Assembly: GCF_006345805.1 (NCBI RefSeq)
Contig: NC_043014.1
Coordinates: 19,654,001-19,718,000, forward strand
From: Octopus sinensis
Lineage: Eukaryota
Reading direction: 5' to 3'
DNA length: 64,000 nt
The position numbers and the translations under genes are program-made. The notes under the pieces were generated by a model that worked only from the letters and a program-made list of their open reading frames with translations, did not search any database and was not told the origin of the DNA. Position 1 is the stretch's first letter. Every line of letters begins with the position of its first letter. Shown one piece after another: positions 38,673-52,092 of this stretch.

Positions 38673-41600
38673 GGATGATGATGACGACGATGGTGATAAT
38701 GACAACAACTACGAAAGATGAATGTGAAAATGGTGATGATGATGATGATGATGATGGTGATGGTTCTGCTGATCGCGACAACGAATTCCGTTATCTCGCT
38801 TGTAGGTACTTGTCGATTGGCGATAAATTTTGCAACAAAGATTATTGTAAAATATAAATTTTTTACAAAATGACAAAAAATTAAACAAAAATAACAGTAC
38901 ACTGAATAATAAACATTCTTGGAAAAGCCAGATTAATTACTTTAAGATAAAATATTTAAAAAAAAAAAGAAACTAATAAGTAAGAAACTAAATCAATAAA
39001 TAATTAAATGAATAAATAAATAATGGCTGACGAGTTAATCATAATTGAAATTTAAAACTTAGCTTCATCAATCACGAGACTAATGTAGGTGTAGAAGAGA
39101 AGTGTCCATTGTGTATTTTCGCTGTAAGTAGATTATGTAGAGGCTGTGTAACTTACACACACACACACACATATATATATATACACATGCATACACATAT
39201 ATATATATATATGCATGTATATGTATTATATATATATATATATATATGTATATGTAAGTTTATATGAACATGTATATGTGTCTATAAATGTATGTATATG
39301 CATATACACACACACATATATATATACACAAATATATATATACATTATATATATACATATATGCATATATATATGTGTATATATATATATATAATATATA
39401 TATATATTATATATATATATACATACGTATATACATACTACACACACACATATATATATATATGTGAAATGCATGTAAGTATATGTGTTTATGTGTATGT
39501 GTGTGTGTGTGCCTGTGTACAGGTGTGTCTAGGTGTGTACATGGTGCTTAAATTTCTGGTACATTTTTGCTCTCTTAGAGAATTAAATGAGTTATCGGTG
39601 TATAGCGTTTGTTTACTATTTATTTTGCCTGGTGGGGGTAACACATGATAACTAAGTGTTCATAATATGTAATCGTAGATGTTATGATATCAACAAACAA
39701 CAACAAAAGCAATAATAACAACTGTAACAACAATACCAACAGTGACAACAAAATAACAATAAGAAGAATAACAGCAAAAATAATACCATTATTAAAAGTG
39801 GATTCTAATTCAGTCACACGGTCAGCAATTTTGATTGAAGGAAGAAGGTTAGTAAAGTGCCCCTAGGAAGTATTGGTTTATATATATTTATATGTATGAC
39901 ATATATCTTTGGGTGTATACGTATATATAAATATACACACATACACATATATATACATATATACACATACACACGTATATATATATATAATATACATGTA
40001 CATATAAACTTGCATATACATATATAATACATATACATGCATATATATATGTGTGTGTGTGTATGTGTATATATATATGTGTGTGTGTGTGTATGTATAT
40101 ATATGTAAGAATATATATATATTCTGGCGTTGGCGAGATTTGAACACAGAACATACACAGGGAGGCTCAAGAAATACAGCAGAGCATTTTGTACGATTGC
40201 TCTTATAACTCTGCTGGTCTATCGACGATGATGATGTTGATGATGACGACGATGATTATGACGACGTTGAGGAGGAGGAGGAGGAGAGTAGTAGAGGAGG
40301 TGGAAGATTTCCAGCCCCAAGATGTACGTGTCGAAGAACAGGATAAGATAGAAATACAAGCAATAAGCAACGCGGTCATATCAACACAAAACTAAGATAA
40401 CAGCGATACTGTATTATTGCATTGCTATAAACGTGTAAAGTCTGGTTTTATACAAGGAAAATTTACTGACAGCGGGAAAGTTTTGTTACATTATGAAAAT
40501 GAAACATAACAAAAGTAAATAAACGAACAAAATACAATGGATGAGACACCGGACAGCAACATCAGCATTCTCACAAAATAACGACCAGATATATTTTGAA
40601 AGAAATAAAGACAAATCTTACTATATAGATAAGGAAAGGGACTTATTGTATTTTCTAAAATAATACAGAATAGTGCGAGCGCGATAATCAGGAAAAGTTA
40701 AGAAGGATCTCACTACGTGTCATCTTGGGCAAGTATTTTTTATCATAACAAAGAGCAGACGAAAAATATCAATAGATGGAAATCTTTCCAATGTCCTGTA
40801 CTATTAATTGAAAGTCCAGCCTTGTCACATTGTGCTAGATTGGTTCTGACTGAGAAATACAGCAAGGTTATACTATTGAATTGAAAGTTCAGCCTCATAC
40901 ATCCTAATTCAATACGAAGATTAGTTGATTAGTTGATCAAACAACTGAATTCTGAAAATTGAATCGACAGAGATCCATTTGTTTCACACAATTGAATCAC
41001 AACATCCTTTACTCGCTCTCAACAAGTATAACTAGAGACACAATAATACTTCAAAGTTGTTCAAATTACACTTCCATGCTTATTTTCATCTCCCTGGAGA
41101 AATGCACCACAGTAGTCTTATGAAATTCTACCAGTTTTAGGAATGATTACGGCAAGCTATTCTCGCGTTTAGCAAACCATGCCACAGAATAAACCTTAGA
41201 AGATTTTTACCTGCAGGAATGGTAATAATGTATTAGTAATCGAAATAGTGATATCAAAGTCACTGAATCATGTCAGTTAAGACAGGTAGAACAAAAAACT
41301 GTATCTGTCATCTTATTTGATATTCATAAAAGAAGGAAATGCAATAATTTCTCAAACGACGTTGGCATTTTATCTTTAGGGACGTAAACACGTACCAGGA
41401 AATATCAAAGGTAGGTTATGTAAATATTTTGATGGTCTCCTCACAAAGAGAATGTTAACTTTCAGCATTGTTAGGCAAATTTTCATATATATTCATCATT
41501 ACCGTTTTTACATCATGAATACTAAATGTAATAAGACTGAAGATAATATATTGTAAGCTCAGTGTAAGGTCAAACATTGTCCAAGGCGAGAAGACTTATC

Positions 41601-41894
41601 AACTAAATCAATACCTGTACGGGGTAGCGTGTTAATTGACCCTAACAATAATAGTAATATAAGGTATGTCTGCCTGATGAGAGTTTACACCTAAGAGAGT
41701 ATTTCAAAAGTACACGCGACAAATACACTAAATAAGCTAGTATGTATATGAGTGCGTGTGAACATACGATATACAAATATACATACGTTTATATATATTT
41801 ATATGTATGACATATATCTATGGGTGCATATGTATATATAAATAAACACACACACACATACACACACACACATATATATATATGATAAATCACA

Positions 41895-42415
41895 GTATGT
41901 GCGTGTGTTTATTAACTAACGCATACATTTCCACAATTCTCAACTGATTTTCACCAAACTTTACACACACATTACTTATCTGCCAAGAGTGGTCATACCC
42001 TATAAAATTTTGCCCAGTGCTCCCGCGTAAATGGACCGACCAGGAAAAACGGTATTTTACACGGGTTTTTCTCTAATTCATTGTATGTTCATAGTTTTTT
42101 AATGTAGGATCTTCCATACTTTTTTAAAATCTATACGGTCGTATATTGGCATTACAGAAAATTCTTTTAGTGGTTTTCACATTTATTTGATTTATCATTT
42201 ATTTATAAGTTGTGATTGTGTATTATTACTTCCTATATGTTTTTTATATGTGTATTGGTGAATAATAAAAGTGAAAGGACTTTGTCTATTTATTTCGACT
42301 GTTTGCCATACTTTTTAAATCTATATGGTCGTACATTTGCATTACAGAATATTTTTTACTTGTTTTAACATGTCTTTGAAAAGCTGCACAACGGCTATGC
42401 ATCTGTACTGCATCA
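41895..42415 (+). mobile_element. Possible Helitron/Helentron-type non-autonomous element
   Basis: A GT-rich 5' end is followed by TTCTCAACTGATTTTCACCAAACTTT (resembles DINE-1/Lep1-type cores). An internal ~45-bp direct repeat lies at 42114-42159 and 42306-42349. The classification is inferred. Confidence 0.3.
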
Positions 42416-42864
42416 ATCCGTATTCGTGACGTTTTGTCAAAGTACGAGTTTTATTTAGCCGTCCAACTCTCTAGATTTTAGCTGTCACTTATAGTATTTA
42501 ATGGTCTAATGTTCAAATCAACTCTAATAAACTGCGGACTTCAGGCGATAGCAAACTTCAGAAGACTTGCTGTATAAATTGAGTGCGGATACTGAGAAAA
42601 CGTTCTAGGATAATTTTGACGAGAATACTATAGGCAGTTGCATGCGTTTATATTGCCACGAGAATGTTTGACAAAACTTAGCAAGCCTCTAACGAAATTT
42701 AAATCTCATTTCTATACTGTAATCTATACTTACTAGCTCAGGTTCAATCCAAAATATCTTATTAAAGTATTAAACACACGCATATATGCATGCTTACGTG
42801 TATGTAAACATGCATGTATATGTGCATAAATACGTAGCCAGTAAAAGTTTTGCATCTGCTATAA

Positions 42865-42939
<75 letters not shown>

Positions 42940-43061
42940 GCATATATGTATAAATATATATGTATATCTATATGTGTGTGTGAGCGCGTCTGTCTGTGCG
43001 CGTGTGTGCGTGTGAGTGCTTATATATGTGTGCGTGTGTACAAATGAAATCATATAATAAA

Positions 43062-43332
43062 TATGCTTCGTGTATTTTTCGGTGGCTGCTATACCGTAGT
43101 GGAGTATATACACTCTCAAAGCGCCGGGTGTTCAAACACCCCAGAGTCATGGAAGATGGGTTAACTAACTTTCAATAGCATTTGAATGAGATAGACACCG
43201 ATGGTTCTCCATTTTTATCACTTGTCAATATTACGTGACCACGAGGTTTGAAGGCAATTAACCCAACCAGTCCACCCTGGCGGGTACGTGACGGATGTGT
43301 TATTGCAGTCGTCGGAAAATACACGAACCATA
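43062..43332. mobile_element. MITE-like element with ~32-bp imperfect TIRs
   Basis: TATGCTTCGTGTATTTTTCGGTGGCTGCTATA versus the reverse complement of TATTGCAGTCGTCGGAAAATACACGAACCATA. Several mismatches fall at CpG positions. Confidence 0.65.
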
Positions 43333-43355
43333 AGTACTTGTGGTTAATAATAATG

Positions 43356-43391
<36 letters not shown>

Positions 43392-43464
43392 TTAATAATA
43401 ATAATAATGTGTTATCATGTACATTCTTGTGGTATTGAGCAAATAATCTGCCGCTCGTCAGTTG

Positions 43465-43855
43465 TTAGACCTTAACTAGTTGAGCATGTCAGTGGCTGAC
43501 GATATGTGCATCTCTGATCAGGGGCATCACAGCCATGATGCTTTGGGTGTTTGGATAATTCACCTCTGGAAACATGAGTGTTTAGTTCAACATCCTTAAA
43601 CAACCATTGTTCAGGGACTTTTTCAGCAGGATGGGCTACACGACCTGAAGGAAATTCTAACTGGACCCGACCTGCGAGGTCATGCGCTGTTTCTCTTGAT
43701 ATGAGACACCATGTCGCACACATATGGTTGTAATACATGTGCCTGGTGAACCCTTATCGGACGGGTAGTCAGTATGGGTATGTTGGGCTTCGTATATGTT
43801 ACCCCAGTATCACTTTGATGGCATACACGGCTCTCTCACTCAATAGTAATAATAC
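43465..43855 (+). mobile_element. Retroposon family D with (AAT)n tail
   Basis: Homologous to 48160-48575 in the opposite orientation. Ends CTCACTCAATAGTAATAAT. Confidence 0.8.
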
Positions 43856-45227
43856 TAATAATATATGTGTGTGTGTGTATTTATATATATATGTGCACAT
43901 ATTTACATACACACACACATATATATATACGCACAAGCATGTGTGTACGTAAACACATACATTCACACAAACATAAATAATATATTAATGGATATATTAA
44001 TGTTTGCGCGTCTGTCTGTATGCGTGTGTGTGTATGCGCGCGCGCGCGCGCGTGTGTGTGTGCGTGTGCGTGTGTGTGTATATGTATTGACTTTAATATT
44101 CATATGCGTCATGAGAATATTCCTCTTTTGTTCCTTAGCACCTACAATGTTGCTCTGATTGTACACTATGGAGATGTGTGATATCTTATTAATGACTAAT
44201 GAGACTTAAATTTTGACACTTGAGACAGCAAACGCTCAGCATCTTATGAATACAGCGAAAATCAAAACAAACAATGCTCTACCTTTACTCTCCAGTCGAC
44301 TACTCGAGACTTAATGTAAGAAGTTTCAATATTTCCCTTTGTGATTAGATTTTCACGCTATAATCCAACGCCTTTTCAGAAAAGAGTCGGTTGTTTTTTA
44401 ACACTTATTTTCACGCATACTGATTGATGAAGAAAGTCCAATGGCTTAAGTTCAGGCCATCAGAAAATCAATGAATTCAGGCCGTGTTTTTCTACACTTA
44501 GAGTTGGCTTTGATATTCGTTTTTCCTTCCATTATGGTTTACTAGGTTTGTGGAGCTTTTAGAGTATGTTGTAACACTATTTCCAGTGTGATGCACTCTA
44601 ATCCATTTTGTTCCGGGCGTCGAAATAAATAGATATATTTTGATTTGTGTCTTCTTTAATATTCTTCTGTCTGCCCCACCACATGTTCATATATATGCAT
44701 GCATATGTATGTACATACAAAAATGCACACTCACATACACACAAATACATACGCACACACACACACATACACCATTGTTTGTATGATTATGTACAGATAA
44801 ATATATTAGTCAATCAAATTCCAGCATTGTCTGATTTTCACGTTTCATTTTTGTATATACAATTTTACATATAATACTTCAGATTATAATACTGCAAGTA
44901 CTTTCAAGCTCTCCACAATCTTCATGTATATTTATTAGCAGTATCAATCGGCACTTGATACATCAATTGAAAATTGTAGTGGAATGACTGAACGTGTCCT
45001 AAAGGCAGCATATATGCTCCTAAAGGCTGCGATATTTTCCTAAAGGCCGCAGCAAGCCGAAATTTATGAACAGTATTACGGTTTGTTAAGCGTGCCAATA
45101 AAATTCACATTGCTTATTCATAGCAACATTGTAATCAATCAAAGTCGTCTGAAAGGCTTCGGCAACGTTCAGATATTGAGACTGATGTTATATAATGTAT
45201 TCCTGCTTTAAATATTTTTGAATGAAT

Positions 45228-45356
45228 GTACTTATTTTATCGACCCCGAAATGATGGAAGTATATCCCGGTGAAATTTGAACTAAGGAGGTAAAGACAGA
45301 TGAAATACCGTAAAGAATTTTGCCCGGCGTGGTAACGGTTCTGCCAGTTCATCACC
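45228..45356 (-). mobile_element. SINE family A, partial
   Basis: GTACTTATTTTATCGACCCCGAA..GAAATTTGAACT..CTGCCAGTTC. Confidence 0.75.
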
Positions 45357-46146
45357 TTATTACCATTTTATAATAATTCTGCTTCTCACTAGGTTACTTA
45401 GCCCGTCAGTAACGCTTTTACGGGATTAGAGAAAAAGAGGGAGAAGAAAAAGACGGAGAGAGAAAATGAGCGCGCATATCGTGTGGTAGGGGGAACGTAA
45501 CATTTATTACGTGGTTAAAAAAGTTAGAGGGCTGATGTTCTGATGATGAGGTTAAAGAAAGGCAGATAGAGAAGTACGAGAAAGGAGGGAGAGCGGCGAG
45601 AGAGGGGGAAGAGAGAAGAGGAAGAGAGAGGGGCGGGATGAGGAGAGAGAGATGATAATGGTGATGACAGTGGTGGTGGTGGTGGTGATGGAGACGGTAG
45701 CGGTGGAGGTGGTGGTGGTGCATGGAAACTGAAAAATGCATTTGTTTTTAAAATTGAACTAAATCTTTTATATCACATATCACTTAACACATGCGCAATT
45801 CCGTGAAGTATTCGCGCTTATTTACATTGCCGATTTACGTGGCAATTTAGCTAAAGGTTGCATCATATGTACGGGGTTATTTTTATGTGTGTGAGTTTAT
45901 GGGGGGAATGGAAAAATAAGAGTGAATATTTATTTTATGAGTGCTGTGTATTAAGTCTATAAAATTGTGCGTAAAGTATATAAAGTAATGATCGTATTCC
46001 AATTTCTTTCACTTTCCAATAAGCAGCAAATGAGCGACTATCTTTCTATACAGACACAACACAGTCTACGCTTTCTGTTTTGTTTATAAAGCTTTTAGAA
46101 ATAACCCAATAAGTTTACCATTAGTTGCGTGAAATGTTTAAGGGTC

Positions 46147-46350
46147 GCGGCGAACTGGCAGAATCGCTTACATGCCGGACAAAATGCTTGGCTGCATTTC
46201 GCTCGTAATCACATTCTGAGTTCATATTCCCCTGCGATGGACTTTGCTCTCCAATTTTTTGGCAGTCAATGAAATAAATACGAGTTGAGCACTATAATAG
46301 ACTAGAACTCCTCCTCCAAATTAATACCCCAGGCCCAAAATTTGAAACTA
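46147..46350 (+). mobile_element. SINE family A
   Basis: GCGGCGAACTGGCAGAATCG..TTCTGAGTTCATATTCC. Confidence 0.75.
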
Positions 46351-47030
46351 ATATTAGCACTACTATTATTGTAGTAGTAGTAGTAGTAACCCCGAATTAT
46401 CCTAAATAGATTGCTCTGCTATTAGGTATTCAAATTAGTTATTTAATTATCAATTAATTATTTATTCTTCTAATTTCTATTATATATCCTTTGTTATATC
46501 TTTTGATGTGGAAGTGTCTCCCTTTGTTCGTTGTTTTTTGTTTTTGTTAGTTTATGCTTTTTAGGGGTTTTATTCGTTTTTGTGTGTTGTATCTCGTACA
46601 TTGATATTGTCCTCCATATGTTCGACCCATGCGGCCAATAAATGAAATCATAATTATTATCATTAATAATAATAAAATAATAATAATAATAACAACAACA
46701 ACAACAACAACACAACAACAACAACAACAATAATAATAATAATAATGAGAAGAAGAAAAAGAAGAAGGTGGCCAGGTGGCAGTATCCTCACAAGCCTTTC
46801 GCTCCTAAGCCTGTACGCTTGACGTGAGTAGGACAGCGCTTGATGTAAGCTAGTGCCAGCTGACGTGCCAATTTCCTTAATGCATTTCTCCTGTTGTCTG
46901 GGTTCCAGACCTATCTTCTGCTGGGAAAAGTACACTGATCTAGATGAAAAGCCGATAAACACACACACATGCACGTACGCACACACACACACACACACAC
47001 ATACACACACACACATACACACACACACAT

Positions 47031-47061
<31 letters not shown>

Positions 47062-47501
47062 ATTTTCGAATATGTAAACTTGTACAAGTATGTAAAAACG
47101 TAACAGCAAAGTTTCACTAAAGTACAGTAAGATAACAAATGAATAGATAAAAAAAACGAACATATAGAAAGATACATACAAATAAAAAAAAAATTATTTG
47201 TGAGGAAGAAAGCCTAGAGAAGGCAATGGATAGAAACGCAGGCGAATGTCTTCCGAAATAATATGAGTAACGTTCCGCTTCTCTAGTTTCACTTTCTACT
47301 TTCACTTTCCTTGCACAGAGTAACTGAATACTGACTGCGTCTACTTGCAATTCGAATGTGTCACATTATACTCTCAAAATGGACGACCTAATCGACTTAA
47401 TAACATATCACCTATCTCCCTTATGTTGCATCTTCTATCTTTATTTGACCGAGCATGTGCGTACTTCTGCTATGTATGTTGAGCGTAGCTCGTGTGTTGT
47501 A

Positions 47502-47585
<84 letters not shown>

Positions 47586-47904
47586 TGCGTGTATGAGCAT
47601 GGATGTATCATTGTGTTTGTACGTGTATTATCGCTTGAAGGTCTACGTATGAACGTAGATATGAATGTGTATATTCTATGCGTTTATATATATAGATGCG
47701 TTGTTTGTGTTCACCTCCGTCATCTAAGCCTGTATAATTCTTTTGCATGCATGCTTATACATGAGATAAGTGCCCATGTAAATGTGCGATGCATATGTGG
47801 ACGACACCTATCACGTAGATTAATGTGCATTTAGGAACGTCAATGAACTGCAGTTCAAGCTTCAGTAGAGATGACCATATTAGTAATGTCGATCATATAT
47901 AGAC

Positions 47905-48075
47905 AGCGCCGGGCGTAATGCTGCCTTTCGCCCGTCGTTACGTTTTGAGTTCAAATTCCGCCGAGGTCGACATTGACTTTCATTCTTTCGAGGTCGATAG
48001 AATAAGTACATGTTGAGCACTGGAAGTCGATCTAATCCAAATTTCAGGCCTTGTACCTATTGTAGAAAGGATTCT
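47905..48075 (+). mobile_element. SINE family A, 5'-truncated
   Basis: GCGCCGGGCGTAATGC..GAGTTCAAATTCCGCCGAGGTCGAC. Confidence 0.8.
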
Positions 48076-48118
48076 TCTTCTTCTTCTTTTTCTTCTTCTT
48101 CTTCTTCTTCTTCTTCTT

Positions 48119-48159
<41 letters not shown>

Positions 48160-48165
<6 letters not shown>

Positions 48166-48575
48166 CATTATCATTGAGTGAGAGTACAGTGCATGCCATC
48201 TGAGGTACAAATATACAAAGTACAATATACCCATCACGACTACCTGTCTGATAAGGACACAACAGCCACACGCATGACGGTTATATGTGCGCAACACTGT
48301 GATCTCATATCAAGATAAACAGCGAATGACCATGCAGATGGAGCTCAGTTAGCACTTTCGTTAGATCGGGTAACCCTCCCCCGCTCAAAATGTCCCTGAT
48401 TAAGAGTTGTTTAAGGACGTTGAACTAAACACCCATGTTTCCAGAGGTGAATTACTCAAACCCCAAATAATTCCTCCCAACACATAGCTCCTTCATTACT
48501 CCTGCCCGTCATAATAGATGCACATATCGTCAGCCATTAAGGGACATGCTCAACTGGTTAAAGTCAAGCAACTGA
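48160..48575 (-). mobile_element. Retroposon family D with (ATT)n tail
   Basis: Reverse-orientation homologue of 43465-43855 (for example CATGTTTCCAGAGGTGAATTA versus TAATTCACCTCTGGAAACATG). Confidence 0.8.
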
Positions 48576-49339
48576 CAAGCAAATCTGTAGTACTGAGCAG
48601 AATATTTGCTGTAGCCCATCTTTTTTATACCAAGATAAATCATGTACATGATAATACACTCCTTCGGTTAAAATATTATTATTATCTTTTTTTTTATTTT
48701 TGCAAAGCAGGAGGCTAGTAGAAGTGTTAGAACCCCATCAAAACTTCCTGGAGCATATTCTTTCGGCTCTACAGTTTCTAAGTTCAGATCTTGCCAGTAT
48801 CAAATTTACTATCTTTCTTTATCTCACTGCTGTGCAATGTCATAGGAAACTGCGTTAGTGAAGCAAACTTCTCAAATTTCCTTCTATGTTTCCTCTCTAA
48901 AGGCAATCATATGTACATTCACTCACATAATTGTTTGCAGATATACATTAATCTCAAAATTCTAACTGTGAAACATTCTTTTAACGAGCACCCGGATGCC
49001 TTCACACAAATGAAGAAAATCAGAGGCTAATCAGAGGCAGGAGCATTTACTGTCAGCGAAATCACTCACTGACTGACAGTGAAATCATTGAAGCCAGTTC
49101 CAGTTATAGGATTTCCAGCCATTAGAAAAATGAAAAACGTGTTGATTTAGACGTGTTTAATATATATATAAAACTTGATTGTCTGTCTTCATGTTAAAGA
49201 TAGTATTTACGGAGGTGGTGATGAGGTGTGTGAGCATGCTGAAAAGGGAAACTATTGTGCAGACGTGTTGAGCTGAATGAAGGCAGTGTATGACCCGAGA
49301 GAGCAACAATGTAGATGTGTCTTGTCTACACACACGTAT

Positions 49340-49370
<31 letters not shown>

Positions 49371-49670
49371 CATGTGTATATATGTGTGATATATGTATAC
49401 GTATACACTTCAGACACACACAGATAATTATAGGAAGTATGCCGTTGTGTGTTTGTTTTTCACATCCAAATGTTGTTCATAAAGAGAATGCTTGTGTAAC
49501 GAGAACCTCTCCCTATCCTAGTGATTATGGATTCACATGGAATATTTTCTATGCACAAATTCCAGAAGAAAAAATCGTCCCCAGAGAAAAATATATGGAA
49601 TATCCATGTTTAGTATATGTGTAACATGCCTAATTATTGACCTTATTCATACACACACGCTCACACACAG

Positions 49671-49703
<33 letters not shown>

Positions 49704-49815
49704 TGTATGTATGTATGTATGTATGTATGTATGTATGTATGTATGTATTCATGTTTGTTTTTATGTTCAGTTATAATAAAAGCAATTTTGCATTAATCTG
49801 ATAGGTTATTCCACG

Positions 49816-50587
49816 CTTTTGTAGAGTACAAATTTCGGATCTTTACCTTTTTTGACCGACAGATTTCAAAAATATTTTTTTGTAACTCAACACTTTGAAA
49901 CTTCGGACACTGGTAGAATGTGTCATATAAAACATCTTTTACTCTTAGCGTTTTTGAGAAAAGCTTATATTAGGAAGTTATTTCACATTAAAGTTGTAAT
50001 ATTTCAGTAATTTCAACCAATCAATGACGTGTATTTAGCTGAATATAATTACTGCTGTCGTTTGTCAACAAGAACTGCCGGCGGTGAATATTTCGTTTGC
50101 CACTGTTATTTATGACAACCCTAACCCTAAAACCCTAACCCTCAAACCTTAACATTAACCCTAACCCTAAAACCCTAACCTTAAAGCCTTAACCCTAACC
50201 CTAAAATCCTAACCCTAACACCATAACCTCAGAACACTAACCCTAACCCTAAAACATTAAATCTAAGACCAGTACAAACGCACGAATGATGTCATAAATA
50301 ACAGTGACAAACGAAAATTATACCGCCGATAGTTGTTGTTGACAAACAATGGCAGTAAGTTTATTCAGCTGAATACACGTCACTGATTGGTTGAAATTAC
50401 CGAAATACTACAACTTTAACGTGAAATAACTTCCTAAATATAAGCTTATTTCAAAAACGGTAAGAGTAAAAGATGTGTTATATGACACATTCTACGTGTC
50501 CGAAGTTTGAAAGTGTTCGATTACAAAAAATTTTGAAATCTGTCGGTCAAAAGGTAAACATCCCAAATTTTTAATTCTTACACAAGA
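49816..50587. mobile_element. Foldback element: ~290-bp inverted arms around a telomere-like (CCCTAA)-based core
   Basis: The arm at ~49816-50117 is the reverse complement of ~50290-50587, roughly 85-90% identical by eye. The core at 50118-50266 consists of CCCTAA/CCCTAAAA variants. Confidence 0.9.
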
Positions 50588-50632
50588 ATATTGTTGACAG
50601 GGACTTGGAAGTTTCGCTAGTTAAGCCATCGT

Positions 50633-50637
<5 letters not shown>

Positions 50638-50720
<83 letters not shown>
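50638..50720. repeat. Long pure (TA)n tract
   Basis: Seen directly. It is one of dozens of (TA)n, (TATG)n, (TAGA)n and (CA)n tracts in the window. Confidence 0.95.
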
Positions 50721-50725
<5 letters not shown>

Positions 50726-50868
50726 AGCAATAAAGATTCAAGTTAATTTAAAAAAATTTACTTGAATATGGTACCTAACTTAGATGCACCAAAAAAAACT
50801 ATACTGATTTAACAATACAGTAATGTGGGGTGATTATAAGCGAGAAAGAAGCAACAAGAATGGATAGG

Positions 50869-50959
50869 TTTTAGTACGATCGTTTCATACAAGGACAGGT
50901 TTTATTAAAAGTTGCAAAGATTACAGCATATAAACGAGTCCCGTACTCATCAGCTAAAA
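50869..50959 (-). ncRNA. Type I hammerhead-like motif, left arm of the palindrome
   Basis: Mirror copy of 50977-51067. Confidence 0.65.
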
Positions 50960-50976
50960 TACAGAACTTACATGTA

Positions 50977-51067
50977 TTTTAGCTGATGAGTACGGGACTC
51001 GTTTATATGCTGTAATCTTTGCAACTTTTAATAAAACCTGTCCTTGTATGAAACGATCGTACTAAAA
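50977..51067 (+). ncRNA. Type I hammerhead-like motif, right arm of the palindrome
   Basis: TTTTAG-CTGATGA(50983-50989)-GTACGGGAC...GTCCTTGTAT-GAAA(51050-51053)-C GATC G-TA-CTAAAA: 6-bp stem I, 9-bp bulged stem II, GUA triplet at 51059-51061. Confidence 0.65.
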
Positions 51068-51222
51068 ACCTATCCATTCTTGTTGCTTCTTTCTCGTATA
51101 TATATATATATATATACATATTTATTATTTATATATATATATTATTTATTATATATATATATATATATATATATTTATTATATATATATATTATATATAT
51201 ATATATATATTATATATATATA

Positions 51223-51260
<38 letters not shown>

Positions 51261-51287
51261 TTATATATATATATATATATATATATT

Positions 51288-51354
<67 letters not shown>

Positions 51355-52092
51355 GTGTTCTAAAACTCATTTCCGTATTGCAAGTTTTCCATTGTGTTTG
51401 TAAATGCAAACATACTCCTGCATATACATGTACACACGAACATGATTACATAAATACGTGTACATAGATTTGAATGTTTATTTGTATGTGTGAGTGTGTT
51501 CGCGTGCACATGTGTGTTAACCAAAACAACAAACAACCGAACACTGCCACCGGTGTCCGGCATTATTAACCGTAATAGTAATCTACATTAGACATTTTAG
51601 CAAATAAAAAAAAACAGAGTAATCATTTTGGCAGATGACCCTAGCAATAACAACAGAAGCTGTAAGTGCAAATGTTGTTTTAACAGCACCAACTGCAGCT
51701 GCAGTGTCTATATCTGTTGCAACGGCATCAATTGTATGTGCGTCTTTTCTTTTTAAATTTGCAGGGACAATTATATCTGTTGTTGTACTAATACTACCAA
51801 CAGTCACAACTGATACCACCACCAGCACCATGAGCACAAATAGCTTTAACAGCATGTTCACAAGTGCTTCTACTATCACCAATGCAACCAACGATTTTGC
51901 AAGTAAAAACAACCCCACCAGAATATCTACAAACTCAAACCTTTAATGACGTCTCAAATATAGACACCGGCTTCAGCATTTCACATGCATGCATTTTTAT
52001 GTGGTTAAATACGTAGTTGTGTACATATGGGCACGTGAGTGTATGCAGCTTGAAGTATCATCAACATATCAGTACACCTGACAGGTTCGTTT

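Larger units (their letters stand above)
50721..51096. mobile_element. PLE-like terminal repeat in inverted (head-to-head) arrangement
   Basis: 50841-50963 is the reverse complement of 50973-51096 apart from one A-run indel, with a 9-nt spacer. The whole unit is flanked by (TA)n. Confidence 0.75.

Noticed and set aside
50118-50266. A true telomere or chromosome-fusion site
   Set aside because: The repeats are short, degenerate, in a single orientation and enclosed in transposon-like arms.
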